From an uncultured Acidobacteriota bacterium (GTDB lineage Bacteria > Acidobacteriota > UBA6911): DNA of 64,000 nt. The notes under the pieces are model-generated. The model saw only the letters and a list, made by a program, of their open reading frames with translations, was not told the origin of the DNA and did not search any database. The stretch is taken from the NCBI GenBank assembly GCA_963843575.1, contig CAWJKZ010000011.1, positions 106,341 through 170,340 on the forward strand, in the 5' to 3' direction. This document shows, piece after piece, positions 1 to 11,261 of this stretch (its first letter is position 1; every line of letters starts with the position of its first letter). A program made the position numbers and the translations under genes.

Positions 1-5
1 CTGAC

Positions 6-1268
6 GTGAGCATCTGGCAATTGGCGACCAAGGAGATCCTCCGCAGGAAGGCGAACTTCGCCTCCGGCCTGATCGCCGTTACGTTGGCCGTTGCCGTCCT
101 GGCCGGGGCGATGACGATGCTCCGGCTCCACGACCTGCGCACCGAACGCATCGTGGCCCAGAAGGAGCAGGAGACCCGGCAGCGCATGGCGCTGCTCGAA
201 GACGACTACCGGAAGATCATGAAGAACCTGGGCTTCAACCTGCTGATCCTCCCGAGCACGCAGAAGTTGTCCGACTTCTATGCGGACGACGCTCTCTCCT
301 CCTACATGCCGGACACCTACGCGACGCGGTTGGCCGAGGCGAAAATAGTGACGATTCGCCACCTGCTGCCGAGCCTGCAGGAGAAGGTCAGGTGGCCCGA
401 AAGGAAACGCGCCATCATTCTCATCGGAACGCGCGGCGAAGTCCCGTCCATGTTCCGCGACGCGCGCGAGCCGATCCTGGTCGCGGTCCCCAAGGGGAGC
501 GCCGTCGTCGGGCACGAACTTGCCGAGAGCTGCGGCCTCAAGGCCGGCGACCGCATCGCCTTGTTCGGCCGGACGTTCACGGTCAGCCAGTGCAACGAGG
601 AACGCGGCTCCAGCGACGACATCTCCATTTGGATCGACCTGGCGCAGGCGCAGGAGATATTGAACAAACCCGGGAAGATCAACGCCATCCTGGCCCTGAA
701 GTGCATCTGCGCCGGGAACGAGCTGGCGCTGGTCCGGCGGGATGTGGCCGCGGTGTTGCCGGGCGTCCAGGTGATCGAGCAAGGCTCCAAGGTCCTGACC
801 CGCGCCGAGGCCAGGGACCGCGCCGCACGCGAGGCTGCCGACGCCCTCGCGGCCGAGGTGCGCAATCGCCGTCAGCTCCGCGAGGAGCAGGAGAAACTCT
901 CTTCGATCCTCGTGCCGCTGGTGCTGCTGGTCAGCGCGCTCTGGATCGGCCTGGTCTTCTACACGAATGTCCGGGAGCGCCGCAGCGAGATCGGCATTCT
1001 GCGGGCCCTTGGCGCCCGGGCAGGCACGATACTCCGATTGTTCCTGACCAAAGCCCTGCTGATGGGCATCGCCGGCGGCGTCGTGGGTTACGCCCTCGGG
1101 ACCCTGGCCGGCCTGAGCCGCCAGGCGGAATTCAGATCCGCATTCTTGCAGGCGCCCGTGTTCTTCCTGGCTACTTGCACCGCGATAGCCCTCTCCCTGG
1201 CCGCCAGCTGGGTCCCGGCGTATTACGCCGCGCAGCGGGATCCGGCTGAAGTCTTGAGGGAGGAGTAA
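6..1268 (+). CDS. ABC transporter permease, FtsX/MacB-LolE type
   Basis: 420-aa ORF; N-terminal TM helix, large periplasmic loop, C-terminal FtsX-like 3-TM block (ILVPLVLLVSALWIGLVFYTNVRERRSEIGILRALGA). Sits 5 bp upstream of its ATPase partner. GTG start 5 nt from window edge, so the true N-terminus may lie outside the window. Confidence 0.8.
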   Translation: MSIWQLATKEILRRKANFASGLIAVTLAVAVLAGAMTMLRLHDLRTERIVAQKEQETRQRMALLEDDYRKIMKNLGFNLLILPSTQKLSDFYADDALSSYMPDTYATRLAEAKIVTIRHLLPSLQEKVRWPERKRAIILIGTRGEVPSMFRDAREPILVAVPKGSAVVGHELAESCGLKAGDRIALFGRTFTVSQCNEERGSSDDISIWIDLAQAQEILNKPGKINAILALKCICAGNELALVRRDVAAVLPGVQVIEQGSKVLTRAEARDRAAREAADALAAEVRNRRQLREEQEKLSSILVPLVLLVSALWIGLVFYTNVRERRSEIGILRALGARAGTILRLFLTKALLMGIAGGVVGYALGTLAGLSRQAEFRSAFLQAPVFFLATCTAIALSLAASWVPAYYAAQRDPAEVLREE

Positions 1269-1273
1269 CCGGG

Positions 1274-1939
1274 ATGCTCCTGCTCGAGAAGGTTGCCAAG
1301 ATTTATTTCAAAGGAGACTCGCAGATCACGGCGCTGGCGGAGCTCGACCTGAGGGTCCGTCCGGCCGAGTTCGTCGCGCTGCAGGGGCCCAGCGGGAGCG
1401 GCAAGACCACCTGCCTCCTGGTCGCGGGCGGGCTGCTGCGCCCGGACCGGGGGAGGGCGCTCGTCGACGGCTGCGACCTCTATGCCATGACGCGCAACCG
1501 TCTCGCCGCCTTCCGCTCGCAGAACATCGGGTTTGTCTTTCAGCAGTACCACCTCATCCCATATCTGACCGTGCTGGAGAACATCCTCGCTCCCGAAGCC
1601 GCGGGCGGACGGAGCGTCGACGTCGGCCGCGGCCGCGAGCTCGCAGGGCGGTTCGGCCTCGAGCACCGGCTCGATCACACGCCGGCCGAGCTGAGCTCCG
1701 GCGAGAAGCAGCGCACGGCGTTGGCCCGGGCGCTGCTGTTTCAACCCAGGCTCCTGCTGGCAGACGAAATCACCGGGAACCTGGATCAGGCGAATGCCCA
1801 AATCGTCCTCGGTTACCTGACGGACTACGTCAAGTCCGGAGGTTCGGTCCTGCTGGTGACGCACGACCGCGAAATCGCGAGGCAGGCTCACCGCGCCGAG
1901 TATCTGGCTGACTCCGCAGGATTGGAGGTTCCGCGGTGA
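1274..1939 (+). CDS. ABC transporter ATP-binding protein (LolD/MacB-like)
   Basis: Walker A GPSGSGKTT, ABC signature LSSGEKQRTALARAL, Walker B LLLADE, H-loop VTHD. Translationally coupled to the permease. Confidence 0.9.
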   Translation: MLLLEKVAKIYFKGDSQITALAELDLRVRPAEFVALQGPSGSGKTTCLLVAGGLLRPDRGRALVDGCDLYAMTRNRLAAFRSQNIGFVFQQYHLIPYLTVLENILAPEAAGGRSVDVGRGRELAGRFGLEHRLDHTPAELSSGEKQRTALARALLFQPRLLLADEITGNLDQANAQIVLGYLTDYVKSGGSVLLVTHDREIARQAHRAEYLADSAGLEVPR

Positions 1940-4900
1940 AAGAGTTGGTTGCGCGCGTCGCGCTCGGATTCCTGTTGATCGCAGGCCTGCTGCTGCCTTC
2001 GGCCCTGGCCGGTGATTGGCCGATGTGGCGCCACGACGCCGGGCGGACGGCTGCGGCCCCGGAGGAACTGCCGGCGCAGCTCCATCCGCAATGGGTGCGC
2101 CAGTATTCCCCGCGGGAACCGGTCTGGGACGATCCCTTGAATCAGGACCTGATGCCCCTCGACGGCGTGTTCGAGCCGATCGTGCTGGGCGACACGTTGT
2201 ATGTCGGATTCAACGACCGCGACAAAGTGGTGGCCCTGGACACCCGAACCGGGGTGGAGAAGTGGTCCTTTTTCGCCGACGGGCCGGTTCGCCTGCCGCT
2301 GGCCGGCCGGGCCGGCCGGCTCTATTTCACCAGCGACGACGGTTATCTCTACTGCCTCTCCGCAGACACCGGAACCTTGCGGTGGAAATTCCGGGGCGGC
2401 CCCGCAGACCGGAAGATCCTGGGCAACAAGCGCCTGATTTCCACCTGGCCGGCACGGGGCGGGGTGGTCGTCTACGGCAACGTCGTGTATTTCGCCGCCA
2501 GCATCTGGCCGTTCATGGGAACGTTCATCTACGCCCTGGACGCCGAGACCGGCCGCGTCATCTGGCGCAACGAAGGCACCGGCGCGGATTACCAGAACCA
2601 GCCGCACAACTCCCCCGCATTTGCCGGGATCGCGCCCCAGGGCGCGCTCGTGGCCCTGGCCAACCGCCTGCTCGATACCGGGCGGACGGTCCGTGCCGGC
2701 TTGCTTCGACCGCCGCACGGGGAAGCTCCTGTACTATCACCTGGCCGAGTACAACAAGACCGGCGGCGCGTTCGTCGCCGCCGACGAGGCCCGCTTCTTC
2801 AATCACTACAGGGATCGCGACACGGACCTGTACGACGTGCTCAACGGCAAGGTCGTGGCGCGGAAGGTCGGCAGATACCCGGTCCTGTCCAGGTACGCCT
2901 ACTACATGTCCGGCGACTCGATCACCGTGCGCGACGCCCGGCAGCCCAAGGCCGCGCAATTCGCGCTGAAACTGGATGCGACGGGCGACCTCATCCGCTC
3001 CGGGTCCCGCTTGTACGCCGGCGGCGAAGGCCAGATCGCCGCCGTGGACATCGTGTGGAACGGCAAACTCCGCAAACGCAGTCTGAAAACCGCGTGGGTG
3101 CAAAAGGTGGAGGGCAAGGTCGGGCGGTTGGTGGCGGCCAACGGCATGCTCTTCGCCGTCACGCTCGACGGCAAGCTGATCGCCTTCGGGAAGGAAGACG
3201 TTTCCGGTCCGGACCCACCTGGAGAAGGCCGCGGCCCCGGAAATCACGCCGGACGAAGCGCGAACAGGCCCGCGCCATCCTCGACCACACGGGGGCGAAG
3301 GACGGGTACGCCCTGCTCTACGGTGTCGGGAACGGGGATTTGCTCGCCGCCCTGGCCGCAGCGTCGGACCTGCACATCGTGGCGGTGGAGCCAGGAGCAA
3401 CGGCGGTGGCCGATCTGCGCCGCCGCTTCGACGCCCTTGGCCTGCTGGGAAAGCGTGTCCACCTGCTCGAAGGAACTCCCGACACGTTCGAGGCGCCCCC
3501 CTACTTCGCCTCGCTGATCGTGCTCGCCTCCGGAGGCGAGCGCTTGCCCAGCGACGAGTCCCTGCGGAAAATGGTGAGGTCTGCGAGACCTTACGGGGGA
3601 AAATCTGGCTGCCGTCGGGCGCCGGGCAGCAGGCCAGCCTCGCCCGGCTGCTCGGGAAGTCCGATGGTGCGACGCTCTCCGTCCGGTCATTCGCGCGCGG
3701 TGCGGTGTTGAGCAAGGACGGGCCGCTCCCCGGAGGCGCCGCCAACTGGACGCACCAGTACGGCAACGTCGCCAACACGGTGAAATCGGACGACGGCCTG
3801 GTCAAACTGCCGCTGGGGGTGCTGTGGTTCGGGGGCGTTTCCAACCTCGACGTCCTGCCGCGCCACGGACACGGCCCGCCGGAACAGATCGTCGACGGCC
3901 GCCTGATCATCGAAGGCATCGACTCCATCAGCGCCCGCGACGTCTATACCGGCAGGGTGCTGTGGAAAACCCCCTTGGACAAGGCCGACACGTTCGGCCA
4001 GTATTACGACGAGACCTACCAGCAGGACATCCCGCTGACCGTTATCACCAATCAGCGGCACATCCCGGGCGCAAATGCCCGCGGGACGAATTTCGTCGCG
4101 ACCTCCGACCGTGTCTACGTCGTGCAGGGGAATCGCTGCTATGCCCTTGATCTCACGACGGGCGAGACGAAGAGCGTCTTCTCCCTCCCCGCCGAAAACG
4201 GCGCAGAGCCGGCCCGCTGGGGATACGTCGGCGTTTCCGGCGACAGTCTGATCGCGGGGAGCGACTTCGTTCCGTTCTCGAGCTCATCCCAGAGCGCGGC
4301 GAGCCCCGGGGAAACTGCGGCCCTGACCGAACGGGAACGAGCCAGGCTCAAGGTGTCCCCCGTGTTCGACCTCACGGCCAGCAAGTCGCTGGTGGTCATG
4401 GACCGCCACGACGGCTCGGTCAAATGGAAGATAGACGCGCGCCACGGCTTCATCCACAATGCCATCACCGCGAGCGACCGGGTGGTGTTCTGCCTCGACA
4501 AACTGCCGCCCTCGCTCGAGAAGAGGTTGCGGCGCCGCGGCCTCGAGCCGCCCACCGACTATCGCCTGCTGGCCCTGGACCTGGAGACGGGGCGGGTCCT
4601 GTGGGAACGGAATACGGGTGTCTTCGGCAGCTGGCTGAGCTACTCGCTGGAGCACGACCGGCTACTGCAGGCGACCCGGCCCTCCAGCGACATGATCGCG
4701 GACGAGACGGGCGAACGCATGGCGGTCTACGCCGCGTCGACCGGAACACTCGTGTGGGACAGGCCGATCAAGTACGGCAACCCTCCTATCCTGTACCGGG
4801 ACGAGATCATCACCGACCGTGCGGCCTACATGCTGGCCACCGGCGAACGGAAGCTTCGGGTGGATCCGGTGACGGGCGAAGAGATGCTCTGGAGCTATTC

Positions 4901-5702
4901 GCGCGCCTATGGCTGCAACTACAACATCGCCAGCGAACACCTGCTGTCTTTCCGGTCCGCTGCCGCCGGGTTCTATGACCTGTTCTCGGATGGCGGCACC
5001 GGGAACCTGGGCGGCTTCAAGTCGGGGTGCACCTCCAACCTCATCGCCGCCGGCGGCGTGCTGAATGCGCCCGATTACACCCGGACGTGCCAGTGCTCCT
5101 ATCAGAACCAGACGTCCCTGGCGTTCATCCACATGCCCGAGCTGGAGTACTGGACGACGAACGACTTCGTGTGGAACGCCAAGCGAGTCGGGAGGCTGGG
5201 CATCAACCTCAACGCGCCCGGCGACCGGGTCGCGTCTGACGGCACCCTCTGGCTGGACTTTCCCAGCGTGGGCGGGAAATCTCCCGACCTCCCCATCGTG
5301 TTCGATCCGGCGAAGACGCGCCCGATCCGCAGGCATGCCCTCACCCTGAAGCCGAACGGGTACGAGTGGGTGGCCGCCTCCGGGCTATCCGGACCGCTCA
5401 AACTGAAAATCACCCTGTCCGGCGAACCGTCGGACAAGGCGACTTACACCGTCAAACTGCACTTCGCCGAGCTGGAGAACAAGAAGCCCGGCGAACGCGT
5501 CTTCAACGTCAGGCTTCAGGATAGCGAGGTCCTGCACGGATTCGATATCGCGAAGGAAGCGGGCGGGGTCGACACCCCGGTGGTCCGGACCTTCGAAAAA
5601 ATCGCGGTGAAGGACGCCCTCACCGTCGAGTGCCTTCCCACCACGGCCGGGACCGGGGCCCCGCCGCTGCTGAGCGGCATCGAGGTCATCCTGGAAGAGT
5701 AG
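1936..5702 (+). pseudogene. Large secreted PQQ-like beta-propeller / SAM-methyltransferase-like / malectin-like protein, disrupted by >=3 frameshifts
   Basis: Signal peptide plus PQQ/BamB-like repeats in frame 1 (1936 to ~2690); continuation in frame 2 (~2690-3230); class-I MTase-like segment back in frame 1 (~3235-3600, GYALLYGVGNGDLL); then frame 0 ORF 3705-5702 with more propeller repeats and a C-terminal malectin-like domain. The frame switch at 3595-3604 lies on GGGGGAAAA. Confidence 0.6.
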
Positions 5703-5728
5703 CGCTCGAGGCTGATTTCTTGAATCCC

Positions 5729-6289
5729 ATGGCCAAAGATCTCCTCCAGCTCGAGGCCGGCAGCCGCCGGCAGTGGCGGACGTGGCTGGGGAAGCACCAC
5801 GCGTCGAGCCCGGGCGTCTGGCTGGTGTTCCACAAGGGGCACACGGGCGTGAAATCGATCGCGTACGAGGACTCGGTGCGCGAGGCGCTCTGCTTCGGCT
5901 GGGTCGACAGCCTGGTCAAGCGCCTCGACGACGAGCGCTACGCCCGCAAGTTCACGCCGCGCAAGCCCACGAGCAAGTGGTCGGACAGCAATCGGCGGCG
6001 CTGGCTGGAACTCGAAACGGCCGGCCTGCTCACCCCGGCCGGTCTTGCGGTGGCGCCGACGGACAAAGGCTACGCGCCGCCGCCAGCCATCCCTGAACTG
6101 CCCGCTTACATCGCCCGGGCCTTGCGGGCGAACCCGAAAGCGTGGACCTTCTTCCGGGAGCTGGCGCCGACGTACCGGCGTCACTTCGTGGGTTGGATTC
6201 ATTCGGCCAAACGAAGCGAAACGCGTGAGAAACGCACGCGTGAAGCGGTCGCGCTGCTGGAGGCGGGGAAGAAGCTGGGCCTGAAGTGA
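5729..6289 (+). CDS. YdeI/OmpD-associated (OmdA) family protein
   Basis: 186-aa product MAKDLLQLEAGSRRQWRTWL...; the fold and C-terminal KRSETREKR helix resemble YdeI/DUF1801-type proteins. Confidence 0.6.
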   Translation: MAKDLLQLEAGSRRQWRTWLGKHHASSPGVWLVFHKGHTGVKSIAYEDSVREALCFGWVDSLVKRLDDERYARKFTPRKPTSKWSDSNRRRWLELETAGLLTPAGLAVAPTDKGYAPPPAIPELPAYIARALRANPKAWTFFRELAPTYRRHFVGWIHSAKRSETREKRTREAVALLEAGKKLGLK

Positions 6290-6341
6290 CCGGATAGAGA
6301 GCCGCGCGTTTCTTGAAGTGATGGTACTGATATTGACAAAT

Positions 6342-6453
6342 ACGCCAACGTATTTGTCAGGACGCGGATGCGCGCGGATCCCCACAGATCGACCTGGCGA
6401 CAGGCGGCGGTCGATCCGCGTGAATCCGTTGGATCCGCGGAATCTGCGTTCTG
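6342..6453 (-). repeat. ATCCGCG/GATC REP-like repeat, copy 1 of a ~110-bp inverted pair
   Basis: Its reverse complement aligns almost base-for-base with 38905-38996. Both give the same spurious peptide MRADPHRSTWRQ.VDPRESVGS.ESAFC on opposite strands. Confidence 0.75.
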
Positions 6454-6533
6454 TTCTTGCTTTTGTCTTTCATCGCCCGGGTTGTTCTGCGTCCTGAAAA
6501 AATGCGTCAGCCCGGACCCACTACAATGGGGCG

Positions 6534-8438
6534 CTATTCCGGATCGATTACCGCCTCCGCATATTCCCCGATTCGTCTGCCGTTGATGGTGAGGTCGGCC
6601 GTGACCACCCGGCGTCCCTTGCCCACGCTGCGCAACTCGAACGGCAGCGCGATCCCGGATTTGGGCGGAATCGTCACGGTCCTGTCGGCCGAGGCGCACG
6701 TGACACCCTGCGGGCAGCTTGAGCCGGATCCGAACCAGCGCCGGCCTGAACAGGTGGTTGCGCACCCGCAGCTCCAGGTCGACCGCCCGGCCCGGTTCGG
6801 CGATCGTCCGGTACGGGTACAAGTGGCACCAGCGGTAATCGACGCCGAAGTTCGGGTCGGGTTGATCGACGAGCGACGTCATGACTTCCCTGAGCTGCCG
6901 CGCCCAGCCGAGGAAGCCCTGGAGGTCTTCGCGCGTCGGCGAGTACTCCTCGGTGTGGGCAGGGCAGACGAGGTCGGGCATGGTGTCGAGCATCGTCTGG
7001 GCGCACCGTATGAAGCCCCCGTCCAGGAAGTACTCGTTCTGCGGCACTAGCGGACCGTTGCGCACCTTGCCGGGGTACTTCTTGTTCCAGGTGTTGTCGC
7101 CGGTGAAGAGCACCTTCTTGCCGTCGATGGCGACCAGGAGCCCCTGGTGGAACTCGGTCTGGCCCGGCAGGTGGAGGAACTCCATCGAGTACTCGTGCCA
7201 GTGCAACCTTCTCGCGTCGCGCACGCACGCGGTCGGCTGGGATCGGAAACGGGATCAGGCAGGGCAGTCGGAATCGCGCCGGGATGCTCGAGGATGTCGC
7301 GCATGTTCTCGAACACCCAGACTCGCGTGTCCTCCGGCAGCAGTTCGTGCGTGCGGATGATGTGGTCGTCGTGGTAGTGGCTGAACGAGACCGCGTCGAT
7401 CCTCTTCACCCCGAAACCGGCTCTTCAGCTCGTCGATCCGCGAGCGGTCGACGTAGCCGTAGTCGTACAGGAAAGCGCTCCCGCTGTCCGACAGGATGGC
7501 GTAGCAGTTCGCGCCGCACGAAGACGAGGTGCGGCAGGATCTGCCGCACCTCCTGTTGCACCCGGTGGAGTTCATTCGGCACCAGCATGTCGCGGAGGAC
7601 GGCATAGACGCGCCGGTTTGCCGCCATGGCCGCGCGTGGATCCGCGATCGGGTCTCCCTGGCGCCGGCAGGAGCCAGTCCGGCTGCTCGCTTCTCGAGGG
7701 CCGCGAAGGCTCTTCTCGGACGCATCGATCCCCTGAGTGAACCCGTAGTAGTCCCAGTGCAGGTCGAACCAGTTGGGCACCTTGCCGGTCCCGGAGATCA
7801 GGTTTCCCGTGAAGGCGGTCTTCCGGCCGTCGACCTGAACGACAAACGAAATCGCGTGCTCCGTCGGGCCGGGCGTTTCGACGACCTTCAACTCGATAGC
7901 CTCGCCACGACACCACGTCCCCCGCGTTCAGCCTGCGGTCCACCCGGACGCTCTTCCGGAGCGTGTTCCAGTGCGAACGGCAGTTGTAGTTGATGTAGAG
8001 CTTGAGATTGTCCCAGAACTGCTCGACTTTCTCGAAGTGTCCCGCCTCCTGCGCCGGGACGGCCACCTGGAATGCATAGTCCTGCAGGTCGCAGAGTCCC
8101 TGCGCCTGATCGCGGTGGTGGTGGGTGAGAAGGACCTGCTCCACCCGGTCAACGCCGAGGGCAGGGAGCTTCTTCAGGACGTCCCCGGACCCGAAGCCGA
8201 CCAGGAGCGCGGTGCGCCCGTCGCGCAGCACATAGACGTTGCAGGTATCCTCGTAGACGGCCAGGTGCTCGCTCAGGTTCTTCACGGCCCCGGATGGGCG
8301 GAAGTCGCGCTCGTGTCTGCGTGCGGGGTCCGCGGGGAAGGGTGGAAGCGGCCGAGGGGCAAGATCGCGGCGCGTCTGGGCGAACGCGACGAATGAGACG
8401 CACAAGATGAGAACGGCCGGGAATGTCCGTCGCTTCAT
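6534..8438 (-). pseudogene. MBL-fold metallo-hydrolase region (one or two tandem genes) with multiple frameshifts
   Basis: N-terminus MKRRTFPAVLILCVSFVAFA (signal peptide) with THHHRDQ (HxHxD) motif; a second MBL motif SHYHDDH further downstream; TPGHT-like TPGPTEHAISF. Protein-like sequence hops between at least 5 reading frames before the true C-terminus ...GEYAEAVIDPE* at 6534. Confidence 0.55.
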
Positions 8439-8497
8439 GGTAGGTTCTCCGCTTTTTGCTGGACCTGTATAGATCGGACGCGGCTTGTCACCAACTG

Positions 8498-10977
8498 TCA
8501 TTCTCTGTTTTTTAGTCCGCGTGGATCGGCGTGAATCTGCATCCGACCTGCCCTGTCGTGATCGTACCGGAGTGCGAACACCTCCGCCCTGCCCAGGTCG
8601 GAACGCGTTCCGCCGAGCACCATGAGCACGAGGTCGTGTCCGGGATCGTACGTCCAGGCCCGGTTCTGGCTCACCAGGTCGGACGCCTGCCTGCCCGGCG
8701 GCGCGGCAATCCCGAGCTTGTGCCAGCGGTTTTCGCCCACGTGGTACGCATACAGCGCCGGAGCCTGCCTGCCCGCGGGGGAACCCGCGGTGAGCATCAC
8801 GTCCCACTTCGGGAGGTAGACCGCTTCCCGGAAGCAGACGGGAGGTTTACCGCCGGCACCTTCGGCGAACCGGGGCAGGATCTTCTCCCACCTGCTACCG
8901 GGCAACCTGTAAACCCAAAGCTCGTCCTGCTGCGGCCCGCCGCCGTGCAGTATCAGCTGGTCGCGCCTGGAGTCGTAGACGAGCGCCGTCATCTCGTAGA
9001 GGTTCTGCGGCCACGGCCCGGGATTCGCCAGCTTGCGCCACTCCCGGCGAGCGACATCCAGCAGGTACACGGAATTGGGCGCGTTCGTCTTCACCTTCGC
9101 TTCGACCATGTCCCAGTAGTGATCGACGCCCATCACACCGTGAGGCGTAGTGACGGTCAGGTCGAGTCCTGGCACGCCGGAGCACAGCACCTCGGTTCGT
9201 TCGGTCGACGGGTCGTAGGTGGTCGTGACCCACTTCCGGTAGGACGATCTCGTGAAAGCCTCGCCGGCGCCCAGATCCGGGTTCCGGGGCTCGATTCCGC
9301 GCAACGGCTCCGGTTCGTAGCCGGCGGTCAGCAGGATGGTCTTGGTGTTTACGATGAGTTTGCTCACGGGATCGTAGGCGTAGACTTTGCGGCCGTGGCG
9401 CACGAACGGCACCCCGCCGAACGTCACCCCCGCCGCATTGATGCCGCGGTCCCACGCCCGCTCCGGGTACTCGGCGACGACCGGGCTGGCGATCCAGGTG
9501 TTCTGCTCCACGTCGTAGAGGTCGTAATCGGACCCGCCATATCCGCAGTGTCCGCCGCCCCAGTAGACAATCCGGCCCTTGTCCGTGTCGAACGCACACG
9601 AGCCCCAAGTCCGCAGCACGCCCGGCCGGCCCGCCCCGTCGAAATGAACCCATTGGTTCAGGGGCATGTTCCGGATACGCTCGGCCTGCCGTCGCGCACG
9701 CTCCGGGTCCGGTTGCGTGCCCGCGGTAGCCTCCTCCACGGTGCGCTTCGGCATGTCTTGCCGCGGTTGCGGCTGGACGCTTGCGTCCAGGAGCCCCTCG
9801 CGCCGGACTCTGAATCCCCAGGTCGTACGCACGGGGTAGATCTCGTTGCAGGACATCCGGTCGCCTCTGGACTTCTCGGCGGTCGTCAGGATGATGAGGC
9901 TCTCTTGCTCCCGCGGCATGAGATCGGCAGCGACATGCCACCCGGTGGGGACTTCGCCTTTGAGTTTCATCCAGCGGTCCGCCGGGGCGTCGTACGCCCA
10001 CATGTCGGCGAGGTCCTCGCGGTTGTATCCGCCGCCGATGATCACCCACCCGGTGCCGGGGTCGTATACGGCGAAATGACCGGCACGCGGTGGCGGGCTT
10101 CCAGCCGCCCTGGACTGCCTCCACCGCCGGCCGCGCATGTCGTAGATCCAGGTGTCGGCCAGGTAGCGGCTCTGGCCGTCCCCCCCGAACATCACCATGA
10201 CTTCGTTTTTCGTGTCGCAGACCAGCCGCGTGCTCATCCGCGGGGGAGGCTCGATCCCCGAATCCAGGGCGCGCCAGCGCGAGCTCGAACACTCGAACAG
10301 CCAGGTGCCTGTGTACCCCACCAGCCCGCCCCCCGGGCCCTTTTCGGCCACGTGCCCCCCAGCGGCGAGCACCATTTCGTCGTTCAGCGCGTCGTAGGCG
10401 AGCGTCGCCGCACTCACCGGGGGCGGACCCTGGGCGTTTGGGGCCGCATCGGCCCACTTGCGGGCGCGCACGTCATAGGAGAACGTCCTGCCGCCGGTGA
10501 AATAGATCATTCGGGCGCGCCTGGAGTCGTAGGCCACCTGGTCGAACACGATGTTCAAGTCCGGGCGCAGCACGCCCTCGCGCATTTTGAGCTGCGGGCG
10601 ATAGCTGCCCGTGGTGATTCCCTGGTAGGCGCTGCACTCGTGGACCGGCGGCGGCTGGCTGCGCCATTCGTCCCGCTTCTCGAACGGATACTGGCTGACC
10701 CACCTGCCCACGTTCGGGTCGAACGCCACCACGTCGTACTCCTTGTTGCCGCTCCAGGGCTCTTCGGGGTTGCCGTAAAACTCCGTCACGTGACCCATGT
10801 AGCCCCAGAGCAGGAAATAGCCGCCGCCGTCGTCGACGAAGCGGAAGGCGCTGCCGCGCCGCGCGCCTTGCGGGTCCTGGGCGATCCGCGTCCAGGTGTT
10901 CACGGCGATGTCAGCCGGCCCGCCCGTGCTCAGAAGCACGGCAACGAAGGGAAGAAACCAGCAGAGATATCGGGGCA
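8498..10977 (-). CDS. Kelch/galactose-oxidase-like beta-propeller protein, secreted
   Basis: 826 aa from MPRYLCWFLPFVAVLLSTGG (signal peptide). Repeated Kelch-like blades (VYDPGTGWVIIGGG, WTYDPGHDLVLMVLGG). Confidence 0.65.
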
Positions 10978-11094
10978 TAGGTTCCGTCCATTTCCGTTGA
11001 TTACGTGTGAAAGATTCACCTAGCCTGAGTCCGGTTTCGATCCGTGTCAAGACCTGGTCGATAATCGTGGGTGGGCGAGTAGGTATCCAGGACG

Positions 11095-11164
11095 CTGATG
11101 CACGCGGATGCACGCAGATTGTGACTGATCTGCGTGCATCCGCGTCCATCCGCGTCCTCAACAA
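11095..11164. repeat. ATCCGCG REP-like hairpin
   Basis: GCACGCGGATGCACGCAGAT-(9 nt)-ATCTGCGTGCATCCGCGTCC inverted repeat followed by CATCCGCGTCCTCAACAATG. Confidence 0.7.
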
Positions 11165-11261
11165 TGTAGTTTTGCAGCATTCGGGATTAACGCTCGCCCC
11201 CGGGCCGGGGCTACAATCGTTGTGCCCTGTTTTCCCGTCTGCCAATTCGGAAGGAGCCTCT

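Noticed and set aside
317-1249. ORFs 317-865(-) and 392-1249(+) overlapping the ABC permease gene
   Set aside because: Arg/Ala/Pro/Gly-rich products typical of out-of-frame or antisense translation of high-GC coding DNA; the permease frame has clear FtsX motifs.
2558-3928. 456-aa minus-strand ORF across the PQQ-propeller gene
   Set aside because: Antisense shadow ORF with Arg/Pro-rich composition and no motifs.
8531-11023. 830-aa plus-strand ORF and 520-aa minus ORF (8895-10457) overlapping the Kelch-like gene
   Set aside because: Both are shadow frames (RGHPAL-type composition); the 8498-10977 minus frame has a signal peptide and Kelch repeats.
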